Shown here: in pieces, positions 51,894 to 60,547 of the stretch | How the letters are laid out: every line of letters starts with the position of its first letter | Numbering within the stretch: position 1 is the stretch's first letter | IMG/VR virus record: IMGVR_UViG_3300032326_001218 | Reading direction: 5' to 3' (one strand) | DNA: 64,000 bases | Origin: an uncultured virus (IMG/VR IMGVR_UViG_3300032326_001218) | Lineage: Duplodnaviria; Heunggongvirae; Uroviricota; Caudoviricetes | Notes under the pieces: generated by a model | Seen by the model: only the letters and a program-made list of their open reading frames with translations | Databases searched by the model: none | What the model was told of the DNA's origin: nothing | Translations under genes and position numbers: made by a program

Positions 51894-54230
51894 ATGGCAG
51901 AAAGAATTGTATCACCTGGTGTATTCACAAGAGAAAATGACCTGTCCTTCTTAGCACAGGGAGTAGGTGAAATTGGTGGCGCATTTATAGGACCTTTCAA
52001 ACAAGGACCTGTATATGTACCAACTGTAGTAAGAACTCAATCAGAGTTTGAAACTATTTTTGGAACACCTGATGGGACCTATTATACTGAATACGCAGTA
52101 CAAAATTATTTAAGAGAAGCGGGTTCAGCAACAATCGTAAGAGTTGGTGGAATCGGTGGTTATTTCCAAACTGCACCAATTGCAATTAAAGCATCTGGTT
52201 CATTTGGAGAAAAAATCGTTGCAACTTTACATTCAACAAGAGTTGGAGATGAGACTGTGGGTTTCCCAGGAGCAGTTCTAACAAATGATGGTAGAGCAGC
52301 GTTTTCTGGTTCTTTCTTACTATCTGGCTCTGGTATTGGTTTTGTTTCTGCATCTGTATTACCATCATCTCAAAATGATATTAGAGATGTATTTGGTGAA
52401 TCTGCATTTGGTTCTAAACAAGCGTATTCATACACTTATTTTGAAAATGTAGCAAGTGAATATGATACCGATGGCGGTGGTGGACAAGGTGTTGTAATTA
52501 GTCTAGTACCATTACCAACACAAGATTTTACTAACGATGCAACTGTAGCATCTACTCCTTGGATATTATCACAAAAAGATAATAACGATAATAGATATGA
52601 ACTTTTCCAATTCCACACAATTGGTCATGGTAATGTTTATAATAGAAAATACAAAATTGGTATTTCAAACGTAAGAGCGGCCGGTGAAGATGGTTCAACT
52701 GATTATGCTGTATTCTCTGTAACACTTAGAACATATGGTGATACTGATAAGAGAAAGAGTGTAACTGAAACATGGAATAATGTAAATTTAGACCCATCAT
52801 CTCCTAGATATATTGCTAGAGTGATTGGTGACAGATATTTTGAAACCGATGCAAATGGTAAAATTACTGAATATGGTGATTACACAAACAAATCACTTCA
52901 TATAAGAGTTGAAGTTGCTAAAGAAGGTTCATTCCCTATTTCAGCAGCACCATTTGGACATAAAGCATATGAATTACCAATCAAAACTACTGCAAGTGAT
53001 AATTTAATACCTGCAGTTGTATATCAGACTGGTTCTGCTAATAATACATCTTCATCTCCATTATATTTTAGTGGATTTGATTATGAAACAACCGGAGTTG
53101 TTATTGATAACACTCAATATTTAAAACCAATTCCTAAAGATGCAACAACTGGTGCAAATACATTGTTTGCATTTGATTCGCAATTAACTTATAAGATGAC
53201 TGGTTCAGCAGCTGTTGATATGGTTAAAAGACAATTCTTGGTAGCATTCCAGGGTGGATTTGACGGTGTTAATCCAACAATTCCTATCGCTAAAGCTGGT
53301 GATAAAGACCTAAACGGTAATGATATATGGGGTCCATCTAATAACCAAGGCTTCAATTGTGGAGCATCAACTACATCTGGTTCAATCGGATATACTAAAG
53401 CAATCAACGCTTTATCTAATCCTGACGAATATGATATTAATTTAGTTGCGGCACCTGGTATCAATAGACAATCGCATCCAGCAATTACACAAAGAATTAT
53501 TGATATGTGTGAAGATAGACAAGATTGTTTCTATATCGCTGATTTTACCGATTATGATGCGGATATTACAACCGCAACTCAAGAAGCAAATTCAGTTGAT
53601 TCAAACTACGCAGCTTGTTACTATCCTTGGTTAAAAACAATTGATGTTAATACCAATAAAATGACAACTGTTCCACCATCAGTATTATTACCTGCAGTAT
53701 TTGCAAGTAGTGATAGATTATCTGCAGAATGGTTTGCACCTGCTGGTTTAAATAGAGGTGGTATTATCGGTGCTGTGAGTGTATTGAATAGACTTACACA
53801 CGCTGAAAGAGATACTCTATATGAGAACAAAGTAAACCCAATCGCTTCATTCCCTGGACAAGGTATTGTAGCATTCGGACAAAAAACATTGCAAGATAAA
53901 GCATCGGCATTAGATAGAATCAACGTAAGAAGATTATTGATTGCTGTGAAGAAATTTATTGCATCTACATCTAGATATTTAGTATTTGAACAAAATACTT
54001 CTGAAACGAGAAGCAGATTTATCAATACTGTAACTCCTTATTTGGAATCAATTCAACAAAGACAAGGCTTATACGCTTTCAACGTTGTAATGGATGACAC
54101 AAATAACACACCGGATGTAATTGATAGAAACATATTAGCAGGAGCTATCTTCCTTCAACCAACTAAGACCGCGGAATTCATCGTAATTGATTTCAACATC
54201 TTACCAACTGGAGCAAGTTTCTCAGCATAA
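51894..54230 (+). CDS. gp18: Contractile tail sheath protein, T4 gp18-like
   Basis: SPGVFTRE.DLS N-terminus; WFAPAGLNRG, LYENKVNPI, GQKTLQ, ALDRINVRRLL, LVFEQN and LQPTKTAEFI.IDF sheath motifs. Confidence 0.97.
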   Translation: MAERIVSPGVFTRENDLSFLAQGVGEIGGAFIGPFKQGPVYVPTVVRTQSEFETIFGTPDGTYYTEYAVQNYLREAGSATIVRVGGIGGYFQTAPIAIKASGSFGEKIVATLHSTRVGDETVGFPGAVLTNDGRAAFSGSFLLSGSGIGFVSASVLPSSQNDIRDVFGESAFGSKQAYSYTYFENVASEYDTDGGGGQGVVISLVPLPTQDFTNDATVASTPWILSQKDNNDNRYELFQFHTIGHGNVYNRKYKIGISNVRAAGEDGSTDYAVFSVTLRTYGDTDKRKSVTETWNNVNLDPSSPRYIARVIGDRYFETDANGKITEYGDYTNKSLHIRVEVAKEGSFPISAAPFGHKAYELPIKTTASDNLIPAVVYQTGSANNTSSSPLYFSGFDYETTGVVIDNTQYLKPIPKDATTGANTLFAFDSQLTYKMTGSAAVDMVKRQFLVAFQGGFDGVNPTIPIAKAGDKDLNGNDIWGPSNNQGFNCGASTTSGSIGYTKAINALSNPDEYDINLVAAPGINRQSHPAITQRIIDMCEDRQDCFYIADFTDYDADITTATQEANSVDSNYAACYYPWLKTIDVNTNKMTTVPPSVLLPAVFASSDRLSAEWFAPAGLNRGGIIGAVSVLNRLTHAERDTLYENKVNPIASFPGQGIVAFGQKTLQDKASALDRINVRRLLIAVKKFIASTSRYLVFEQNTSETRSRFINTVTPYLESIQQRQGLYAFNVVMDDTNNTPDVIDRNILAGAIFLQPTKTAEFIVIDFNILPTGASFSA

Positions 54231-54251
54231 TATTGGAAAGCAGTAAATTGA

Positions 54252-54259
54252 ATATTTAT
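54252..54259 (+). promoter_or_regulatory. ATATTTAT putative late-promoter motif
   Basis: 25 nt before ATG 54285. Confidence 0.65.
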
Positions 54260-54284
54260 TAATATAAATTAAAAGGAAAGAAAA

Positions 54285-54788
54285 ATGGCAGATGATTTAA
54301 TATTATCGTATGATAAAATGACTTTCGCTCAGTTTGAGCCAAAGATGAAGAATCGTTACTATATGGAAATGGCAGATACTGGCATTCCAGCATATATGGT
54401 AAAGGCGGCAAATAGACCAGAAATTCAGTTTCAAACTGTAAAGATTGACCACATTAACGTTTATAGAAAACTTAAAGGTAAAGGTGAGTGGCAAGATTTA
54501 ACTATCACACTTTATGACCCAATTGTACCATCAGCGGCACAATATGTAATGGAGTGGGTACGTTTATCACATGAATCTATTACCGGTAGAGATGGATACG
54601 CTGAATTCTATAAGAAAAATCTTAACTTCTATATGTTAGGACCTGTTGGTGATAAGATTGAAAAATGGACTATTATGGGTGCATTTATTTCAAGAGCGGC
54701 ATTTGGTGAACTTGATTTCTCAAGCGAAAACGAACCTGCAACAATTGAATTAACTCTTACATACGATTACGCTATATTAGAATACTAA
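54285..54788 (+). CDS. gp19: Tail tube protein, T4 gp19-like
   Basis: Follows the sheath; KGKGEWQDLTITLYD...EW...YKK...W.I.GAF....FGELD.S......IELTL.YDY pattern. Confidence 0.92.
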   Translation: MADDLILSYDKMTFAQFEPKMKNRYYMEMADTGIPAYMVKAANRPEIQFQTVKIDHINVYRKLKGKGEWQDLTITLYDPIVPSAAQYVMEWVRLSHESITGRDGYAEFYKKNLNFYMLGPVGDKIEKWTIMGAFISRAAFGELDFSSENEPATIELTLTYDYAILEY

Positions 54789-54807
54789 TAATCAATTTAG
54801 ATATAAT

Positions 54808-54838
54808 AAAGGGATACTCAAAAGGTATCCCTTTTTTT
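54808..54838 (+). terminator. Rho-independent terminator
   Basis: AAAGGGATACT-caaaa-GGTATCCCTTT stem followed by a T run. Confidence 0.88.
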
Positions 54839-54860
54839 ATTTCAAATTTTTTAAATTTAT

Positions 54861-54868
54861 GTATTTAT
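54861..54868 (+). promoter_or_regulatory. GTATTTAT variant of the putative late-promoter motif
   Basis: 28 nt before ATG 54897, after a terminator. Confidence 0.55.
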
Positions 54869-54896
54869 ATATACAAACAAAATAAAACACAAAGTT

Positions 54897-55661
54897 ATGA
54901 GTGAAAAGCAATTTGATTTTCCAACACAGGTAATTGAACTTCCGTCTAAAGGAAAACTTTACCCAAAAACAAACCCATTATCCTCTGGTAATATTACAAT
55001 AAAGTATATGACAGCGAAGGAAGAGGATATTCTTTCATCTGCAAATTTAATTAAAAAAGGTATTGTTTTAGATAAACTTTTTGAATCAATTATAGTAGAT
55101 AACGTTAATATTGATGATATTCTAATTGGTGATAAAAACGCAATTGTTCTTGCAACAAGACTTTTAGGTTATGGACCTAATTATAAAATATCATTTTATT
55201 CTAATAAACTTAATAAAACGGTTGAAACAACGGTAGATATATCGGAAATTAGAACAAAGGATATTGATGTAACTGATATTCAGAATATCAATGAATTTGA
55301 ATTCGTAACACCTAATGGTAAAAATAAATTAACATTTAAATTACTTACACATGGTGATGAAAGAGCGATTGATAAAGATATTCAAGCTTTAGAAAAACTA
55401 AACAAAGATACTTCATTTGAAATCACAACGAGATTACGTTACATGATTAAAGCCGTTGATGGCAATACTGATATTGGTAGAATTAATAAATTTATTAATA
55501 ATGAGTTTTTAGCTAGAGATAGTAAAGCATTTAGAGATTACGTTAAGAAGATTTCACCAGATATGAATATGGTATTTAAGTATATCCACGAAGATGGTGA
55601 GGTGGAGGAGGCGCCTATTCCAATGGGAGTAGGGTTTTTTTGGCCTTCCGAGGAATCATAG
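54897..55661 (+). CDS. gp26: Baseplate hub / tail assembly chaperone, T4 gp26-like
   Basis: P...IELPSKG..Y...I..MTAKEEDIL...L.IGD...I..A.R..GYG motifs; lies between tube and tape measure; ends GVGFFWP. Confidence 0.8.
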   Translation: MSEKQFDFPTQVIELPSKGKLYPKTNPLSSGNITIKYMTAKEEDILSSANLIKKGIVLDKLFESIIVDNVNIDDILIGDKNAIVLATRLLGYGPNYKISFYSNKLNKTVETTVDISEIRTKDIDVTDIQNINEFEFVTPNGKNKLTFKLLTHGDERAIDKDIQALEKLNKDTSFEITTRLRYMIKAVDGNTDIGRINKFINNEFLARDSKAFRDYVKKISPDMNMVFKYIHEDGEVEEAPIPMGVGFFWPSEES

Positions 55662-55857
55662 TGTACACCTACATACTCAAATTTTTGAAATGGTTGAGTA
55701 TAGTAATGGGTTTACGATTATGGAACTTTATAAAATGCCAACTTATTTGAGAATGTTTTATTACGATAAGTTGGTGGAATCTAAGAAAAAAGAAGCAGAA
55801 GATGCTAAACAAGCACAAAAAAGTAATGCACCTTCAAAAGTTAGGATTAAGAGATAG
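55636..55857 (+). CDS. gp51-like chaperone segment in the +1 frame, absent from the ORF track; probably reached by frameshift (first in-frame ATG at 55690)
   Basis: Manual translation: FFGLPRNHSVHLHTQIFEMVEYSNGFTIMELYKMPTYLRMFYYDKLVESKKKEAEDAKQAQKSNAPSKVRIKR*. The F...ELY.MP...R..Y...L pattern resembles T4 gp51 and tail chaperone C-terminal parts. Confidence 0.75.
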   Translation, partial: FFGLPRNHSVHLHTQIFEMVEYSNGFTIMELYKMPTYLRMFYYDKLVESKKKEAEDAKQAQKSNAPSKVRIKR

Positions 55858-55869
55858 TCCTAACTTTTT
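55836..55869 (+). terminator. Terminator hairpin overlapping the gp51-like stop codon
   Basis: AAAAGTTAGGATT-aagagat-AGTCCTAACTTTT stem followed by T-rich sequence. Confidence 0.75.
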
Positions 55870-55879
55870 CTTTTAATAG

Positions 55880-55887
55880 ATATTTAT
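55880..55887 (+). promoter_or_regulatory. ATATTTAT putative late-promoter motif
   Basis: 28 nt before ATG 55916. Confidence 0.65.
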
Positions 55888-55915
55888 AGTTTGAATAAGT
55901 GTAAATAAACATAAA

Positions 55916-56149
55916 ATGGCAAAAAAATATAAAATATCAGAAAACAACTTATCTGAATTTTGGGGATTGTTTCGTAGTAACAAAACACCTGAAAAACTTC
56001 AAACCATTGTAAACAATGACCCGGTGTTACAAAAGTTACAATCTGATTTAAGAAAGATACACGATAAAGCCGCTGATTATTTGGATAAAGTAAAGAAAGA
56101 TGAGCCGGATATTTATCAGTATTTGCAAAAACATGGATTCGTAAAATAA
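55916..56149 (+). CDS. Hypothetical 77-aa helical protein
   Basis: Clean ORF with an upstream motif and A-rich leader; no family recognised. Confidence 0.7.
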   Translation: MAKKYKISENNLSEFWGLFRSNKTPEKLQTIVNNDPVLQKLQSDLRKIHDKAADYLDKVKKDEPDIYQYLQKHGFVK

Positions 56150-56160
56150 AATTTTTGTAA

Positions 56161-58566
56161 ATGGCAGATGTAAGAAGTTTATCCGCTCAAGAGCTAGAAA
56201 GACAAAATCAATTACTCAAAGAGCGAGAGCAGATTGAACAGCGAATAGAAGAGCGAAATAAAAGAATAGCTGTTGCTGGGCAAGAGGAAATCAAGCGTCT
56301 CAAAAAAAGAAATGAAGAGGATAAAATTCACAGCAAAAATTTAGACGAACAATTAAAGAGTTTAAAAGAGATTGAGGACAACGCAAGTGATTATGTAAAG
56401 TTTTGGGCAGATGCGGCAGAAAAACAAGAAGATTTTTGGGAAACCTCAAATGATTTTGCAACATCATTTGCAAAAATGACACCAAAAGTAAGAGAGCTTT
56501 TAACCGATTCTAATAATGGCGGTAATCAATTTGCAGCAATAACGGCTAGAATATTAAGTCTTAAAAAGCAGGAAATAAATGCAACCGGAGACGAGTTAGA
56601 ATCGCTGCAGGAAAGAAGAAAAGCATTAGAAGGTATAAGAAGTACACAGGTAGATGCAGCTGAAGGGTTAGCAACCGAAGAAGAAAAAGTGTTGGGTATA
56701 ACTGATGCACAAAAAAGAAGACAAGAATTTCAAGCATCTATCCTTGGGATGAATGAAGAAGATAGAAAATTATCAGAACAGATATTCCAATCAAACGAAA
56801 ATTTACTAAAACAACAGGAACGATTGGTTGAACTACAAAAGCAACAAGACCAATTAGTAGGTGCATTGCCGGAAGGACTACAATCGGCGTTAACCGTTGT
56901 AAAAGATTTAATACAAGGAATTGCAGCCGGATTAGGTCCTATTGTTATATTAGGAGCTGTGTTAGCCGCTGCATTAACAGAGTTTAGTGCAATTGAAGAA
57001 GCTGCGGGTAAATTTAGAGAAGATACCGGATTAACAAAATCCAATACAAAAGAAATAGCCGAACAGGCAAAAACTATTAGAGCTGATTTTGCTGCATTAG
57101 GGGTAACTGCGGAAGATTATTATGATACTATTAAAGCCGTAACCGAAGAATTTGGAGATACTGCTAGGTTTTCTAATGCAACGGTTGCATCAATTGTAGT
57201 TTTAAACAAAAACTTTTCAGTTGCTCAGAAAGATGCCGCTGCCGTAAATATGGTATTCCAGAGTATGGCGGGGCTAAGTGCGGAAACTGCACAAAGTGTT
57301 TCAATGCAATTGGCTGACCTTGCAAATATGGCAGGGGTTGCACCATCTAAAGTATTTGCAGATATTGCCGAATCGGCTGAAGAAGCAAATCTATATTTTA
57401 GAGATGATGTAAATGCTCTTTATAAATCGGCAATAGAAGCTAGAAGATTAGGAACAAATTTAAAAGGCGTTCTTAAAACGGCAGAAGGTCTTTTGGACTT
57501 TGAAAGCGGTATAGAAAAAGAATTAGTTGCAGCTACATTTGTTAGTGGACAGTTTAATTTATCACGTGCTAGAGCTTTAGCATATTCAGGAAAAGAAATT
57601 GAAGCACAACAAGAAGTTTTAAGACAATTGCAAAGGAGTGGTGATTTTAGAGATAAAGATATGTTCACTCAAAAAGCATTGGCAGATGCAACGAATATGA
57701 CTGTGGGTGAAATTACAAAGCAATTGACTATACAGGATAGATTAAACAGTGCAACCGCCGAACAAAAGAAACTTGTATCCGAAGCAATGGATAAAGGTTT
57801 AGATATTACCGCACTCAATGAAGACCAACTTGCTGCTAAAGTAAAAGAATTAGAAAAACAAGAAGAAATTGTTGATAAAGTAAAACAATTAGAAAATTCA
57901 TTTCAAAGTGTAGTTGCACAAGTGGGTGGTGCATTAATGCCGATATTAGAAGCTTTAGCACCTATTTTACAAGCCGTACTTGCACCGATAACATGGGCAG
58001 CGGAAGGTATTAAGATGGTAGTTGATGGTTTAAAGCAAGGTAGTATTGCAGCATATGTGCTAGTTGGTGTTCTAACTAAAATGTATATAAAATCAATAGC
58101 TAGTGCAATAGCAGCTATTTTTACCGGCTTTGGTGCTATGGGGCCATTTGGAATTGCTTTAGCGGGATTGGCTGTAGCAGGTTTATTATCAAAAATAAAT
58201 CAAGCGAAACAAGTTGGTGATATGGCGATAGATGCTGGAAATACCGGTGGAAAAACTAGAATTACAACAGCGGAAGGTGGGATATTTGAACCATCTGGAA
58301 ATGACCAAATTGCAGTAGGACCTGGTGTATTAAACCGATTAGAAAGCCAAAATAGAATGGCAAATGCTGGTGGAGTACAAACTGGTGGATTGAATGCAAA
58401 TAGTGGTGTAACCCTTTTAATAAATGAAGTGAAAAAATTAAGAGAAGATATGGGTTCTGGTAAAATTAAAGCAAACGCATTCTTGGATGGTATGAAAATC
58501 ACATCAGGTATAACAAATGTATCTGAAAATTCTACGAGAAACAATTTTAGTTACGGACAACGATAA
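56161..58566 (+). CDS. Tape measure protein
   Basis: 801 aa, Ala/Glu/Lys/Gln-rich helical protein with hydrophobic Gly/Ala segments, downstream of the tube and chaperone genes. Confidence 0.8.
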   Translation: MADVRSLSAQELERQNQLLKEREQIEQRIEERNKRIAVAGQEEIKRLKKRNEEDKIHSKNLDEQLKSLKEIEDNASDYVKFWADAAEKQEDFWETSNDFATSFAKMTPKVRELLTDSNNGGNQFAAITARILSLKKQEINATGDELESLQERRKALEGIRSTQVDAAEGLATEEEKVLGITDAQKRRQEFQASILGMNEEDRKLSEQIFQSNENLLKQQERLVELQKQQDQLVGALPEGLQSALTVVKDLIQGIAAGLGPIVILGAVLAAALTEFSAIEEAAGKFREDTGLTKSNTKEIAEQAKTIRADFAALGVTAEDYYDTIKAVTEEFGDTARFSNATVASIVVLNKNFSVAQKDAAAVNMVFQSMAGLSAETAQSVSMQLADLANMAGVAPSKVFADIAESAEEANLYFRDDVNALYKSAIEARRLGTNLKGVLKTAEGLLDFESGIEKELVAATFVSGQFNLSRARALAYSGKEIEAQQEVLRQLQRSGDFRDKDMFTQKALADATNMTVGEITKQLTIQDRLNSATAEQKKLVSEAMDKGLDITALNEDQLAAKVKELEKQEEIVDKVKQLENSFQSVVAQVGGALMPILEALAPILQAVLAPITWAAEGIKMVVDGLKQGSIAAYVLVGVLTKMYIKSIASAIAAIFTGFGAMGPFGIALAGLAVAGLLSKINQAKQVGDMAIDAGNTGGKTRITTAEGGIFEPSGNDQIAVGPGVLNRLESQNRMANAGGVQTGGLNANSGVTLLINEVKKLREDMGSGKIKANAFLDGMKITSGITNVSENSTRNNFSYGQR

Positions 58567-58585
58567 AAAATAATAAATAAAAATA

Positions 58586-60544
58586 ATGCCAACTTTAATA
58601 GAATTATTTAATAATAGAGTAATAACCGAAGGACCGAATGCGGGAAAAACTGCGGAAGATGCATACGCTATTAGAAATAGTAAAGACTTACCTATACAAT
58701 CTTCAAATTTTTTATTAAGAGCAATTAATAAAAATACAAATCCTAGTCTTTTAGGTGGTGTTATTAGAAGTTTTGATTTTATCGGTAAAATAAACGAAAG
58801 AAGAAAAAAGTTTAGTGTTAAAGATAGTGAATCATTTGTAGAGCAAGAACAGGTAGGTTTACAACAATTTGCAACCACTGCAAGACCTCTAATTTATGGT
58901 GGAGATATTTTCAGAATTCTAAATAAAAGAACAACAACTTTAAGTTATATTAAACAAAGAGCTAATTTAAACAATGGTCTTTTTGGTATTACTGATACTA
59001 TTGCAAACGCGGCCGGTAATATGGCAAATGATTATATCAATAATTTATTTGCCGGTAAAAAAGGAAAAGATGCAAGACCACCTGCACCGGATTTAACTGC
59101 AGTTGGAACACAATTGGCGGTAAATGCGGCAGATAGATTATTGGGCTCAATTTTACCAATGCCAATGGTCCCTTCAAAAGTTGCGGAAGAATTGCAATCA
59201 AGAGGAAAGGCTACTAGTGGTAATAAGGCAAACGATTTTAATAGAGAGTATAATAGAGATAAGGCCATAATAACATTGGCAAATTCATCAAAAGTTCCGG
59301 GATTCTTTGCAAATCTTTTAAAAGAAAATAAAAACTTATTATCTCAAAGCGGTGGGGTTATCCAATCTACTGTAGCGGGAATTGCATCGGGACTTATAAA
59401 ATCCGGTGTAAGGTCATTGGTAACTGCAGGGATAAAGGCCGTAACAAAAAAGAAAATTGCTGCAAATAAATTACAAGCTGCCGGTGGTGTTCCTGGTAAA
59501 ACACCATTAGGAAAAGAAGATACACCTTGGTCAAGTTATAATCCATATGGAAAATCCGCGGATTATGAAACTACTAGACCATTAAGTGAGCAAACTACAC
59601 TTAAAGCGGTTTTTTTACAAAGAGTAGCCGAACAACTAAAAGCGGACCCAAATGTAAAATTACCTGCATCTGCACCTGCAACACCTCAAAAACAAGCAGA
59701 TGAAGACCTATTAAATTTTATAAATAAAGCAGCAGCTGGTTATAGTACTAGACAAAGTGTTATTAAAAATTCTAGAGATGATAGTAGAGGATTAACAACA
59801 AAAGGCGATGTACTAAATCTAACAGATGATGCGATTTATGATGGTATCACCGTTACTGATACGGATACACAAAAATCTTTTGATGATTTTGATTTTATCG
59901 CTCTAAAATTTTATTCAGTTGGATTGGATAAAACGGTTCAATTTAGATGTACCGTAACCGATTTTACCGAAACTTTTACACCATCATGGGAAACTCATAA
60001 ATTTATAGGAAATCCATTTCCATTTTATACATATGATAGTGTTGAAAGAACGTGTACTTTTAGTTTTAAAGTTTTTTCTTTGAACCTAGTTGAACATATG
60101 AACGTTTGGAAAAAACTTGATTTTTTAGGAAAACTAACCATGCCACAAGAATTTAGAGGAGCATCTGGAGCAGTTGTTCCACCTATTATTAAATTTACAT
60201 TAGGAGATTTATATGTTGCAAAACCGGCAATTGTTGATAACCTTTCCTTTGCAGTTAATCAGGATAGTCCTTGGGAAATTGGACTAAATGAAAAAATAGC
60301 AAACGGTACACGAATGTTACCTATTCCAAATATCGGTGGGTTTACTGCTTTTGTTGAAACAGGGTTGACATCCGCAAATCATAAACTTCCAATGATAATG
60401 GATATTGAGGTATCGCTTAAATTCTTGGAATCTAGACAAACAATTGAAAGTTCAAATCTATATGGATATGAACTACCTGCAACACAACTTAGTATAGACC
60501 CAAAAACACAGAAACCAGTTCCACCTAATTATACAAAAGTTTAA
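58586..60544 (+). CDS. Baseplate / tail tube initiator (gp48/gp54-like C-terminal tube-fold domain)
   Basis: C-terminal QFR......ETF.PSW....FIG.P..FY.Y...ER...FSFKV...PPIIKFTLGD......I...L....SPWEI pattern; follows the tape measure. Confidence 0.7.
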   Translation: MPTLIELFNNRVITEGPNAGKTAEDAYAIRNSKDLPIQSSNFLLRAINKNTNPSLLGGVIRSFDFIGKINERRKKFSVKDSESFVEQEQVGLQQFATTARPLIYGGDIFRILNKRTTTLSYIKQRANLNNGLFGITDTIANAAGNMANDYINNLFAGKKGKDARPPAPDLTAVGTQLAVNAADRLLGSILPMPMVPSKVAEELQSRGKATSGNKANDFNREYNRDKAIITLANSSKVPGFFANLLKENKNLLSQSGGVIQSTVAGIASGLIKSGVRSLVTAGIKAVTKKKIAANKLQAAGGVPGKTPLGKEDTPWSSYNPYGKSADYETTRPLSEQTTLKAVFLQRVAEQLKADPNVKLPASAPATPQKQADEDLLNFINKAAAGYSTRQSVIKNSRDDSRGLTTKGDVLNLTDDAIYDGITVTDTDTQKSFDDFDFIALKFYSVGLDKTVQFRCTVTDFTETFTPSWETHKFIGNPFPFYTYDSVERTCTFSFKVFSLNLVEHMNVWKKLDFLGKLTMPQEFRGASGAVVPPIIKFTLGDLYVAKPAIVDNLSFAVNQDSPWEIGLNEKIANGTRMLPIPNIGGFTAFVETGLTSANHKLPMIMDIEVSLKFLESRQTIESSNLYGYELPATQLSIDPKTQKPVPPNYTKV

Positions 60545-60547
60545 TAA

